Positions 26,430-39,300 of a stretch of DNA of 64,000 nucleotides are shown here, one piece after another. Within the stretch, counting starts at the first letter, position 1. Every line of letters starts with the position of its first letter. The notes under the pieces are model-generated. The model worked only from the letters and a program-made list of their open reading frames with translations. It did not search any database and was not told the origin of the DNA. Position numbers and translations under genes: made by a program. Source of the DNA: Phoronis australis (Eukaryota > Animalia > Phoronida); the NCBI GenBank assembly GCA_002633005.1, contig NMRA01000277.1, positions 186,001 through 250,000 of the forward strand. Direction: 5' to 3'.

Positions 26430-28639
26430 TTAACCTTCATGAAGTCATTTCACGTCCCATGAAAAAAAAGTTTTGCTCTTTATTAAAAATACATCAAACT
26501 ATATTAAATTTTCTGCTTTCCCAATGACTAAACAGTCTTAACTCATGCCTAGAAATGTTGCAAGTCGTTTATAAAATCATATGACTGCCATTTTTGTGAA
26601 AATTGCATTTTTGCTGTAAACATACGAGTGAGGTCGTACTTGAACTTATTGTTCTTGCTGCCAATACGCAAGAACTGGTGCCTCGGGATTTCTAATTACT
26701 CTTAAAACACAGAAAGATTATCCATCCTTTTTAAATGACCCAAGTCTTCGTAAAAAATTAAAAATCTGAAGAACAGTTCCCTCAACCTTAGGCCATACGT
26801 GTGCTTGGCAGACCCATGAATCTGTAATCGTTGTTTAAAATTGCTTAGTGTCAAACATCAAAAAGGCTTAAAAATGTTCGACAAAGGTTTGAATTTGTCT
26901 CAAATAACTTGCATATTTTGCAGACAATTAATGTGTTTAAAGAATTGTTATGGCTAGGAATGAAAAATATAGAGAGACTTTTTTTACAGTTCTTGTGTTA
27001 TCAGCCCTTGCTTTCTGGAAATATTAATTATATAATTTTGTGTTCAATTGCGGAACAGTTACCATATCCGTTACAACATTTTTGACAACATCCTGAAGTA
27101 CTCAATTATTCATGTTTCAATATTAGTTCCAGGTTCAGCAATATTTTAAGGCCACTTCAAGGAGCAAAATAGACAAGCTTTGTTACGCCTTTTCCTTTCC
27201 ACAGCATGTCCACAGACCAGCAGTGCCGCATGGCACAATGTACAAGCCAGTGGCTCGGGAGAAATATGAATTGCAGTACTAAGTTACCATAATGAAATGT
27301 GTGAGTGGATATTTTGTGAGTGAAGAGGCACTATAACTGACTAATTCACCAGCCAGTCTCATTGGTGAGGATGCCCTTTCATAGGCAAGGAGTCATGTGT
27401 GGACCACAATGGCTTATTTCCTTTTCTGGAAGAAACACGAGGGACTCAACCTAAAGAAGACCCACATTGTATGAGCACTCTGGTCTAGTCCAGGGTCAGA
27501 TTTTGGGCAGGAAGCGAGTCGAATGATATGCTGTTGTGCTTACCTTCCAGGACCTAATTTTGGGATGTTATTGAGGCTGAATGGGGTTACATCAAGGAAA
27601 GCCACATGCCGAAGATGGACCTTTCTTACAAGCGCTTCTACAAGCCATTGAAACCAGATCCCAGCAAAACGAAAACCAAAAGCATCTGGTATATCTGGCC
27701 TTTCTCACTGAGTGACATTAACTTTTCCTTTCAGAAGAAAGGCTTTATACTAATGGTAAAAACTTTTCCATTTGGTAAACATTATGCGGAAATGACATTC
27801 AGTGACTGCATTGACTGTATTATTGTCAGTGGAAAACCTATTAATTTTGATGATCGAATAGTTTTTTATCAAAATACAAGTTTGTCATTAATTATTCAAA
27901 CCACAATACTTCTTCACTTTCAAAGCCCCATAAAGTGCAGTTGGGCTACTCCTTTATCAAATGATTACCGAATACGCTTGCAAGTTGTCATTTTCCTGGT
28001 GACTAATAAAAATGTCTTGCGATCAAAGCGAAGTATTCTCTTTGTTTGCATTTAATTTGTATATGTGTGTAACTATTTTATAGCTTTCTTAAGAACGCCT
28101 TTGAGCAGTTTTAAGTTTTATGTAAACATGTCTATAACAAATGTTCCACATGCAAGCAAATTATGTTTTCAATCGTACATGTAGCTAGCTAGATAACAAT
28201 CTGCTATGCACAAGATTTGAGAATAAACAATATTCAGTGTATTTAAAGACATAATGGCAAACTGAACAACCGCCTACGTACAGAGGAACAACACTGTTAA
28301 AACAATTGCCATTTTCCCAATGCAACAGAGTCCGTAATCAGGGATATCGAGGGCTAACTTTCTGACTTGAGAGATTCAATTCTCTCAATTTATAGCTGAG
28401 GGACTGCTTCTCACTTTGTCGAAAGGTAAATTAGACGGTGAGCCGGCTGGTTAGAGTCCTTTTCTGTCACCTGTAACAGAATAGTCAGAGAAATATTAGC
28501 AAATTATAAAAGAAAACACAAGACAAACCTATTTTTGTAAGGCGGAACAAACTTGACATTTCACCTCTATGTGTATATGTAGAAATGAATAATCTTTGTA
28601 GCCAAGCCTTATTTAAGATCTGAATTAATTAATATGTAA

Positions 28640-29335
28640 AAATGCTAAAGTGATTTAAGAATGTGTATTTTTCATGAGTGACAATATTTATTCCAATGCA
28701 ATGCTATGAATTTACTGGATAGCCCACTCATAGTTCGGTAACTAATCTGGTAATCCTGGGGGTGCGGTCCGCTGTAAAATAAGGAAACTCACTCATCTAG
28801 AGAATTTTATTGGATCGGGCCATTATAGCCAGTCGCAATCTTGAACAGACCTGACTATCAAATGAAGAATAGTAAGTAAAGTTGCAGTAGATTTCAATAT
28901 TGAAAACGTGTACATTAACGCATTAAAGAAAAACGCAACATACAGTGTACGTATATTTCAAATACACGCGTATCAAGCCCGGCAGTTTCTCGACAACATC
29001 GGACAATGTGACTCCTCGCACTTTGTTGAAATGGCACAACCTTGCCTTGCATAGCCTTGGTACAAAGCTGTATACTAAATATACACTGTACAGCTTTGCA
29101 CCGATATGGTTAAAAAACTGGTAATGCTAAAGTGATTTGAGAATGTGTTTTGTTTATGACACCTAAAACGTGTTTCTGATCTTAAAAAATGAAAATCCTT
29201 CTAAGTAACAATATTTATTCCAATGCAATGCTATGAATTTACTGGATAGCACACTCATGTTAATTCGGTAACTTTTCTTGGGGTGGGGTCAGCTATAAAA
29301 TAAGGAAACTCACTCATCTAGAGAATTTCATTGGA
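28640..29335. repeat. Local direct duplication (28640-28813 vs 29123-29335)
   Basis: Shared aatgctaaagtgattt..., caatatttattccaatgcaatgctatgaatttactggatagc and aaataaggaaactcactcatctagagaattt. Confidence 0.85.
28820..29110 (+). repeat. Dispersed repeat, copy 1 (copy 2 at 36070-36380)
   Basis: cattatagccagt.gcaat... and tcaagccc...tttctcgacaa shared in the same orientation. Confidence 0.7.
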
Positions 29336-32300
29336 CATTGCATAGTTTTGAAGAGTAACTGCTGTGAAAAAGACATTTCATACATCGTTTATATTGGGAG
29401 CACTCCCACCCAGGACAATATGTGCTGCTACTTTACCATCCGGGTGTCGGGTGATTTTCTTAAAAGAAACACTTAGTTCCACTAAATACACCCGCCATTC
29501 AGTGGGGTAATTGGTGGGGTCAACATCACTGAATGATGTCGATAGAAACTAATTGCTAAAAACTCACCAAGTAGCGCTATTAAGTAGTCTCTCAATGGAA
29601 ACGCACAGAGCACACACGGGGCGTGAAGCTGCGGCATCCACACGCTTTTTATTCACTTGGTTGACCCTATCGAAGACAACTCTCCACGCCTGTAGTAACT
29701 TGAGTATTCTGACAATTTGAGACCACTTGTCGAAGATTTGCATCAGGCAAAGTAGCAATAATAACGACGACATGTTTTGATAACAATTCCGTCTTTTTAT
29801 TAGCAGTTTACATGCAGACAGCGACGCATGCGCAATTCAATCACCACTAGTGCAGCAGCGACACCGCGAGGAAAATTCGTCAAATAGCCCCGTTGCATTG
29901 TCATTTAGTTGATGCTATACATGAGCATAGTGTGGAGCATGCAAATACTTCTTTAATACAATTGTTTGTACTATTCACGCCGTGAGCTGCCAATTTCGCA
30001 CATCCGTTTACATTTAATCACGTGCTACGTTCCGCAGACAGAAAAATAGCAAAAGAAGAAAATCGCGCAAGTTTTTGTGAGATACCGTCCAATACGAACA
30101 AGACAGGCCTTTTAAGCGAGTTTTGTTTTCATAGCGCCTCCTTGGAACGCAGCCAACCAGGCGGCAGTGATATATTGTGATATTCTTTAAAGCTCTAAAT
30201 TGATGGCGATACATTTGAAATCTTTTCATGAAATTCAAAGAAGAAAAGTGCGTGGTAGTACTTGAAGTGTTAATTTATACTATAACTGTTGATTAAACTT
30301 ACAGAGAAAGTCAAACCACCAAATTCTACATGGAGGCGATTTTGGATACCATGTTGGGAGAATTAGTAGAAGAAGGCAAGTAGTTATACTGACAATTGTA
30401 AATTGTTTTGGAAGTAATCGAGATTGTAAAAATAATTTGGAACAATGTCATCTTCAATTTCAGTTTTCCTTTATGCGGCTAGATACAGTGTGTCTGTGGG
30501 ATATTAATAATGACGGATGTAAGAATCAGCATTTCAGGCAGAACGGAACCAACTAATGAAATCAATTATTGCTTTCTATCCTTCATCCAAAAGGTTGCGT
30601 CTTCCCGTATTGACGACAGTCATGGATAGGCCACTGCAAACACATAGCTGTTTTAAAAAACGAATTTTGAGAAAACAAAGCCTTCTACGTACATGGAGAC
30701 CGTATTCCGTCCTAAAAGCAACGCTAAATAATTGAAAGCCACAGACTGTTCCGATTCATCTTTTAGTCAGAGCCATATTCGGCTTTTTAAACGGCAAGTT
30801 TGCCTTCCAACTTTCGCATGATAACACCCTTTCCCGAACAAAATTTGACGTCTTGCTCCAACATCTTTATTCAACGGCGCCTGTTGATCTATTCAAGGGC
30901 GACAGTTTTATTAACCTGATTCAATGACGTTGCGTTTGGCTTAAAGCAGTTCCGAATTAGTCTTCCGTCACAACTTTTAGCTATTCCACTTACCACTGCG
31001 AACTGTCTCAAACTGTCCATTACTCAAGGAGTTATCCGTGGTTTTTTGGCTTGGAAATATGTATGAGCTTGTTGTTATATGATGAGTGGCGACCTCTACA
31101 GTCAGTCAAATACATGTAGCAAATTTTAATGTACCCCTATTGCCAATGGCAAATCAATCTTTAAGCAGTTCGCAAGTCAGCTCTGGGCTAGGGAGTAACA
31201 GTTGTCTTACAATATTGAGATAAAGCTAACAGTAATGCAGGTCACACCCAAATCTAAAATTTGTTTTGCTTTCAGCTTGTCTTAAGTAATAGCGACTAGG
31301 ACCCTCAAGTTGAAGTCACGGCGTGTCATTTGATACGCTGTGCATGGTGGCCACAAATAACGTATTATATCAGTTTGCATGACCCAAAATCGACTTTTGT
31401 CGATGGAAACTTCAAGAAACAGACCAAAAATGACATTGAAAAGAAATTTAATTTTTTTCAAGGATTTTATGACAAGAATATCTTTTGTCGGCGGAGATTT
31501 TTTTCTGCGGTGAAAACTTTTCTCTTCGAGAAAGTGGTATTTTGTTATTACCTGAAACTTGGCGAAAAAAATGTAAAATAATGTTTTTTCAATGTCATCG
31601 TTAAGCCATTGTGCTTATACCTCCTATTTTCTGTTTCAGGTGCACACAAGAAGAAAATGCCTCCGGTACGTACTATTAATCATCACCGTGTGGCATACAA
31701 TGTATCTGAAGCTACACCTTGGTTAAGAAACCAATAAACATACTGGAGAAACAGCAGATTTATGTGAAGTTTTCTACTGAGTAACTTCAATGCTCATACT
31801 TTCAGGTGTTAGCAGCCTCCTTACACAAAGGTGCTATCCACCTGGACAAGCAGTCAGCGATAGTTTAAATAACTTGTTGGTGCCATCACCGGACGAATGG
31901 TCATTGGACCAGCATCGCCCTTTGTACCAGGCGGCTACTGCTAGGTAACTGATGCACAAAACAAATCGAACGACAACAACAACGCTTCATGAAACAGTGG
32001 TACATGCTAGTTATAGTAACGGAACATGTAAACAAAAATCCGGTTACAAAATCACTGTGAGCGGAAATTGAAATGATACAATTGGATAGATGTTCATAGT
32101 CGCAAGACTCTCGCTAGAAGGCTAGTACGGTTAAGTGTTTTACTTTTAATAGATGGTGTTATTTCGCTCATAAATTTTCGTTTGATTGCCAGATTTACGT
32201 CTCTAAGGAACGCACGCCTGTTCCCCGCTTTATCTTGAATATTGTCGTCAACATCTTATGTGACACGGTCAACACCAAGTACAAACTCCATGCTGACTGT

Positions 32301-33129
32301 ATTAACGTCTTGTTTTAGGACAAAGATAAGGCAAGGGTCCATGCCACCGAGTAGGTTTGGTTGCTTTGTATGCAGTTCGATTTTTTCGGTTGATTAGTTT
32401 CGTTCAGTCCAAACAGAGCTTCACTGCACGTACATACTTTTTCTATAATAATAACTGGAACAGTTAACACAGTAAAACTACAGGCAATACATATATTCCC
32501 ATCAGCAGTGATAATATATACATGTACGCCTTGTGGCTAGATGTCGATGGGGTCGTTGGAGGACGACGTTCTGCGATTTTGTATCGATTTAATGACGTAG
32601 TATGCTTCCAGAATCTTTTATAAAGTCTTTGGTGTCGTCATTTGCCGTCAAAGTGCCAGTTTTGTTCAATGCAATTGACAAAGATTCGTGCATACAACCC
32701 CGACATCCTATGAATGAGAGGAATTGCATTTCGTACCTACAGAATACTCGTCTCGTCTTAAACACCATAATTGGACACGAGACAGGCAAAACGCCATTGT
32801 GTATGCATGATTGTAGAAGTTCAAAACCATTTTAGAAAGAAGTTCGTGTAGAAATAATTCGATTTACAAAAACATGCCGCCGTTAAGGGGAATTCAAGAA
32901 GAGGTATATGTACGTGACGAGGATGACATCAGGTGATGCATAGACGGTGTCAGTGGGGGAAACGGTTTTGCACATTTCTGTACACTATATAAAGCAACGT
33001 CTTCACCCTGTCGTTTTAGGTCTCACGAAATTACTTTCCTTTCAATGTTGTGGTTGGTCACCCTCAAATGCGCCAGGATCGATGGTGATTAGAATGATCG
33101 GCATGATAAAATATGAGCACACGAACACC

Positions 33130-33301
33130 CAGAAATCGTTTTAGCATTACATCCAGGTTCTCATTCACTCCCTTGCATACCTTCATTAGTAAGACCGAGC
33201 TCAGATCAATAGGAGACAACTCGATTGTCTGCCAGTGACGCTAGGATTCGAACCCAGGTCTCTCAAATAGGATTCTAGAACTCATACCACTGAGCCACAC
33301 T
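33130..33301 (-). mobile_element. tRNA-derived SINE
   Basis: Minus-strand A box TGGCTCAGTGG and B box GGTTCGAATCC followed by a non-tRNA body; left boundary approximate. Confidence 0.6.
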
Positions 33302-33392
33302 GATGGTGATGGTGAGGGTGGTGGTGATGATGATGATAATGATGATAACGTTGACGACGATGACGACGACGACGACAATGCTGATAATGGTG
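33301..33392. repeat. Compound (GGT/GAT/GAC)n microsatellite
   Basis: Direct inspection. Confidence 0.9.
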
Positions 33393-33432
33393 GTACTGCT
33401 GTGCATGACAAAGTACAAACTTTGTTTCAGAT

Positions 33433-35741
33433 ATGTCTGAGCGAAAACGACCCAGAGCTGCTAACGTAACCAGATCACTCTCACGTTCTTGGTTTAAAAC
33501 CGATCAACACCCAGTTACTCCTGTGCTCGTTAACAGAACAGTTTCGCTTAGATCTGCCGTTCCATTGCCCTTACAAGTCACGCCAGTCGACGACCCATCA
33601 TTTCCATACGACACCCTTGCCACCAATCCCTTAACTCGGACAAAAAATGACTGTCACCCTAGTCTTGTCTGTGTGGCACCTCCTCCTCCTGCAGCACCAA
33701 GTACGACATTGCTGGCGTCTTGCGTGGAGCCAGGGCTGGGTCATTATTGCACTCCACAAATCTTATTTCGAAAGGAAGACCCTGCCAGAAAGTCTCGCCC
33801 AAGGCCTAGCCTACCCAGCTTACACAAGCACGCCTCTATGAGATCTGTTTTTCGAAAGTACGGCTCTGAGGCATGCATGTTTATCAATCCGGAAAGGTTT
33901 AAGTAAGTAAACCTGTTAGATCTTACATATAAAGCTCAGTTGTGTTTCTAAAGCTGATAAACACAACCGAAAGATATGTTCCTTTTATATCAAATTTTCC
34001 CAGAAACGATGGAATTCTCCAAGCCCTTTAGACCTTTACCGTATACAACACAGACTTTGTTGGAATCTCAAAGGTTTTATCATGAATTTTAAGGAATAAA
34101 AAGCAGCCCCTTTTGACTGTTAATTTGTCTAGCAATCTGTCTGCTTTATAGAACGAAGTTTGCGATGCCTGTGTTAGGTGTTGGCTGTGCTAGCTCAGAA
34201 TATGTTTATAGCCTTTGCACTTTGCAACTTTATATTTATGAGCAATATGAACTGGAAAGCACTATCTGCTTATACATCTACGATCGACTTTAGGATACAT
34301 CAGTCGCTGTCTGGACACAGTTTGCGTATTGGAGAGGGAGCCTTTGGAGAAGTGTACCGCGGAGAACTCCATTTGGAAGACGGTAGCATTCGCACTGTGT
34401 GTGCGAAAAAGTATTCCAGCAGCCCCCTCGATTTCTCTTTGCAAGAGTATTACATCACCAAGTTGTTAGAATCCACGGGAGTCACTCCTAAACTCTTCGG
34501 TCTGTTGCCACTTCGACGTCCCGACTCATATGCTCTCGTGATGGAGTTTCTGGCCGAAGGCAAGACTTTGTGGTACTTTGTAGACCACTCTCTGGATGAA
34601 CCTGTACATGTTCACTTGTGTGTCAAAATACTCATGAAAATAGTTGATGGTTTGCAGCGAGTCCATGACGTTGACGTACTTTATAACGACTTGAAATCGG
34701 ACAACGTTCTTGTGGACGTGTTTTCACAAAGAGATGCCGACGTTTTCTTAATTGACTTTGGCCTTGGAACAGTCAATGAGGGGAGACAGTAAGTAATCTG
34801 CTTGTCACATGACATAATTATGTAAATAGATTAGGGTCTCTTTAAATTTTAATTGGGCTGTCCTGCGTAGCTAAAAGCATGCGGTTTAAAAAGTAATAAG
34901 TGTCGCAGTCGCAAAATGTCAGAATTTGCATCATCCTGTGTGGTGAAATCGTTCAATTGCTTACAATAGGTATTGCGCAAGTAATGGATCCGTAGTTAGC
35001 TGGCAACAAACGCTATTTACTATGCTAACAACAACGTTTGCGATAGCTTGAGCGTACTGCAAGCGTACTGCTGCCCTTCATATGTAATTATTTAGACCAT
35101 GTTTTGCTAACACGGGCTGCTTGGCATACATGTAGTTGTAGGCCAGCACTCATACGTGTACTAATGTTAAGGGATAGAAAACGCGAGATGCGCGGAGGGG
35201 CACGCATCTTGCCTTGGATTTGAAATTGCAGCGATACAGATGTACTTACTCTGCCAAACCTCAGTGCCCCAAATTATTTCAGTCTTTTAAGGACTAAATC
35301 CTGCACTTGATAGAAGTTCTAAATCTCGTCACAATGTCAAGATCTCAAACCCCTTGAGTTGATTCCTATACTGTACACAAAGATAGTTTGCTGACTTATA
35401 ATGTGGTTTGCGTTCTCGTTTATGTGAAGTATTAATAATTCATCTGTTGCAGTTTCAATCACTCTTTTTCTCCACCATCGGCCTTTTCCCATATCGCCCC
35501 TGAGGTGATTGCAGGGGAGAAAACCACCAAAGCGTCTGATGTGTATAGCCTGGGTGATATTATGATAGACATGGCTGAGAACGTCAACGTTCTTAATGGT
35601 GCACACATACTAAAGCAAGTGAAACGAATTGGTGAATTGGCCAAGGACGACTGCCCATACAGCCGGCCGTCGCTTAAGCTCATCTTGGGAATGCTCACCG
35701 TGATGGAGACTCGATTAGTCGGGGCAAGGGAGGAAGATTGA
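33433..35741 (+). CDS. Atypical (non-RD) protein kinase; exons 33433-33902, 34294-34788, 35453-35741 (417 aa from this ATG)
   Basis: GT-AG introns with matching phase 2/2 give an uninterrupted frame; motifs IGEGAFGEV, VCAK, LYNDLKSDNVL, IDFG, IAPE, SDVYSLG and RPS; Pro/Ser-rich N-terminal exon. Confidence 0.88.
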
Positions 35742-36069
35742 ACCTGCACTGGACGGTGGGAAGAGCAGAAAGCGAAAGTGTTTATCACTTTGCTTCACCA
35801 TTCCCTTGAAAATATATGATTACTTCATGATTTATTGGCGTCATTCTATGTTCAGGCGGTGCTCAACATATCCTTAGAAAGTGCACTCATACATGATACT
35901 TCAATAGGTGGGGGTGGATCGTTTGTGTTTACTAAGGTGGCGATGATGGCGACAACGATATCCATGACGATGGAAGCCATGCATTTGGTGAATGTTAATT
36001 ATAATGTTATGACATGACCTTCATTTAGAAGATGTCCAAAACGACATATACCGTACCAGAAAAGCGAGT

Positions 36070-36380
36070 CATTATAGCCAGTTGCAATGTTGCCAGACTT
36101 GACAATCCAGTGCAGAATATTAACGATTGTTGCAGTTGATTTTTTCAATAATCATGGACAACGTCGACATTTTGACAAAACTTCCAACGCACTAAACAAC
36201 AACTCAGCATCCATTTCGATCGAATATAACGCGCATCAAGCCCGACAATTTCTCGACAATATTAGACATTGTGTCTCCGCGCACTTCTTTGGAATCGCAA
36301 ACGCTTGCTTTGCAATTCTTTTTTAATTTACAAAACGGTATACTGTGGGCTGTATTCAATACTAAGGCTGTATTTAGCCA
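36070..36380 (+). repeat. Dispersed repeat, copy 2 (copy 1 at 28820-29110)
   Basis: Same shared blocks as copy 1. Confidence 0.7.
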
Positions 36381-39300
36381 TGCTTAGCTGGCAAAAGGCG
36401 GAAAGTCAAGTAAGACCATTTTACTCGCTTAAAATTGTTCCCACAGTACTGCAGTTAATGCCATGGATAACTGGGATTTGATTTGATCTACTCACATAAG
36501 CATTGCAGTATATCCTCCCGCACCTAAAACTGAGGTTTTGGTGTAGCTTATATGGTAACACTTGAGTAGAATATTTTGTTTTGAAAAGCACATTGCTTTC
36601 TTTGATATCAACACCATATACATATAGGTTATTCCACATCAATGCGAATTCTAACTGCCATACATTGTATCTTATCTTGAATTCATTTCATCTGGAAATG
36701 TCTCAACTAGACCTTCGGTCTTGATAATTGACGCCTTCGGACTCGTGGGGCAGATGAAATCAATTCGAGGTAGGAAATCACAGTAGTTCCTATCTAAATA
36801 GGATGACCTACATGTATTCATCCCATACATTTGAACTGTTTTGCATCACGGGTCTTTTTGCCAATTGTGGTTCGGCTTTTTCTATGACGTCCTGTACATG
36901 TACATGTACGCGCCGTCAAGATTCCATGTACCTGTCGAAGTGTTGAATAACTAGTAAAGTTTTATTTCTTAATAAGTTTTTGAGAATTTTCAGTTTGTGA
37001 AATGTGCAAGTTAAAACATTGAACCATTCAATGATATTAAAAGTTCGTCGGAAACTTAGAAACAAACCATCCAGGAATATAGAAATTGAAAGATTAACTG
37101 AACAGTTGTCGGCTGCTATGTGTCGCTGTAGCTTCGATGAGTCTCACAGTTAATTGTCTTGATCTACTTTGTATTCATGTCTTACCTCCTGGAATGGAAA
37201 TATCAATAGGCACTTTACCGTCGTGTTGATCGCAGCACTGGAAAATAACGGTGCAAACTGTCAGTGCTGATTTGTAGAACTTCAGGTAAAGCACTAAGCG
37301 TACTGGTTCCGCTGGGTTTTTGTAACGCCGCTCCAGTGGACCGAATAGTTAACTAAATTCCTGTCCTCGTACATGTAGACAGCTGCCCGTCGTTTAATCT
37401 AAGTTGACTTTTTGGATGGTACTTTAAGCAACAACGTACAGTATAACCTATGTCGGATAATACACGTAGAGAGCATAGTTCTATTTTTCCATTGTCTTAT
37501 CGATCGTTTCACTGACAACATCGAGTCCACGACAGTTACGGTCGTCACCAGTTACAGTGGCCCTGGGAACATAGTGTTGCTTGCATGTTCCGGAGAGCAC
37601 AGCAATAAAAATGGAAATTTACACATGTTACATGTATGTCTAATTAAAACCCTGAATATTTAAATTCGTAGCAAACGCCACCTTATGACTTCCTGGACAA
37701 ATGTGTGAATGTATAATCAAGAAAAGAAGCAATTTGTAAATAAATTGTGGTTTTAAAAAACCACCAAAACTGATACATTTAAAAATGAGAGTAAACTTAT
37801 AAAATGGCTAGTATTTCGAAATATTACGCAATAGTTAATGATAGAGAAATAAATAAATGATAAAAACTGTGCCTTGTCTTATTAAGGTAACGACAATGCT
37901 TTGGGGGTTTCCCCGGGATACCAGGGTCGTCCTAAGAAATGTGGACGAGAAGTCTGTGCAAATACCCATTCATGTCAACCAATACGGGAATTGCGTATTT
38001 GCAACGATTTCTTGCCGTTTCAGTAGTGTTACAGCGTAACGCCAATGAATACGCATTTCTGTCAATGCTCATAATAACGTAATCAAGCCATCGTTTTGGT
38101 TTTTACTGACAATCTCTTTTGTCGATTCACATCACCAGCCTTGCCCGACAGGAGCAAAGAAGTTGTCAAGTACATGTAGTATAACAACACTCGCAGTTAC
38201 TAGATGTATACGTGAGAGACTCCTCTAGGTAAGTACATGTACATGTACATGTGGATACATGCAAGCATTTTGAAAGCTGGACATATTTTGACTCATTTTC
38301 GTCAGTGCTATGGTTAGAGAAAAAAATGATTGACTGTATGAAATGTGTACCAAGAATATGCGCTGCCCGAGAAGCAAATTGGCGCGTTGTTGAATATTGC
38401 CCAAGCATTTTGAGAGTATACATTCCATGAAAAGCAGTCACTGATTACCTAGCCAAAATTAGAAACTATTTTTTCTTGCGAAATTTGCACTGCACCATTC
38501 TTGAGCTTCATTACATGTATGTCTGTCGGTCTGAGCATTCATTGCGAAATGCGAGTTTTTGACACTCCTTTTATCGGTTTAAGTGCAAAGTTTAAGAGTG
38601 CAAACAAATTAAGCGATTTTGCGCTTAAATTCATCTACTGTAGTTTGCATCTTTGCATCGACTTTCATGACTTCTGTATAATAGGAAAATTCTAAAAGTT
38701 TGGCGTTTTTCAATGTGTAAATTATCCTTTTTTAAGTTGCGTACGTTCATGTAGCAAATCGAATACGCGATTGGTTATAGAGTGCCGATTTAAGTTTCGC
38801 TTCGGCAACTAGCCTTACTGTTTCGGCAAATCATTTGTTTAAGGAGAAACATGTGCCCAAAATTTCAAACATTTAATCGACTCGTGGGTACATAAGTTTC
38901 GAATTGATCAAATCTTATTTTGCCAGTCCCAAGGACCGGCAGAAACACAAATTCGGATACGACTTACAAAAATCACGTAAAATACCGATATTTACCGGTA
39001 AACAGAAATACTGTAAGGGCAGCAACTTTTAGTGCTGTCGGCGAGGGAGAGTCGAGAAACGCTGCGACCAGACGATTGTTTCAGTAAAAAACACTGGGTG
39101 TTAGGTTGCAATTCCCGCAATCATTTTAGTTACCAGTGTAGATACACTCTATACTGTATGTTTCCAAAAGGTCGCGTTTTCTTTTGACTTTCATGGAAAA
39201 TGTGATCTTTCACCTTTTATTTAAACACGACAGTGACGATTTCAAGCCGCATTTAATCCTACTTTGAGCACATGCGCGCATATACATATTACTAGCGGAG

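Noticed and set aside
34178-34293. Hydrophobic N-terminus/signal peptide on the kinase ORF
   Set aside because: Intronic read-through upstream of the acceptor at 34294.
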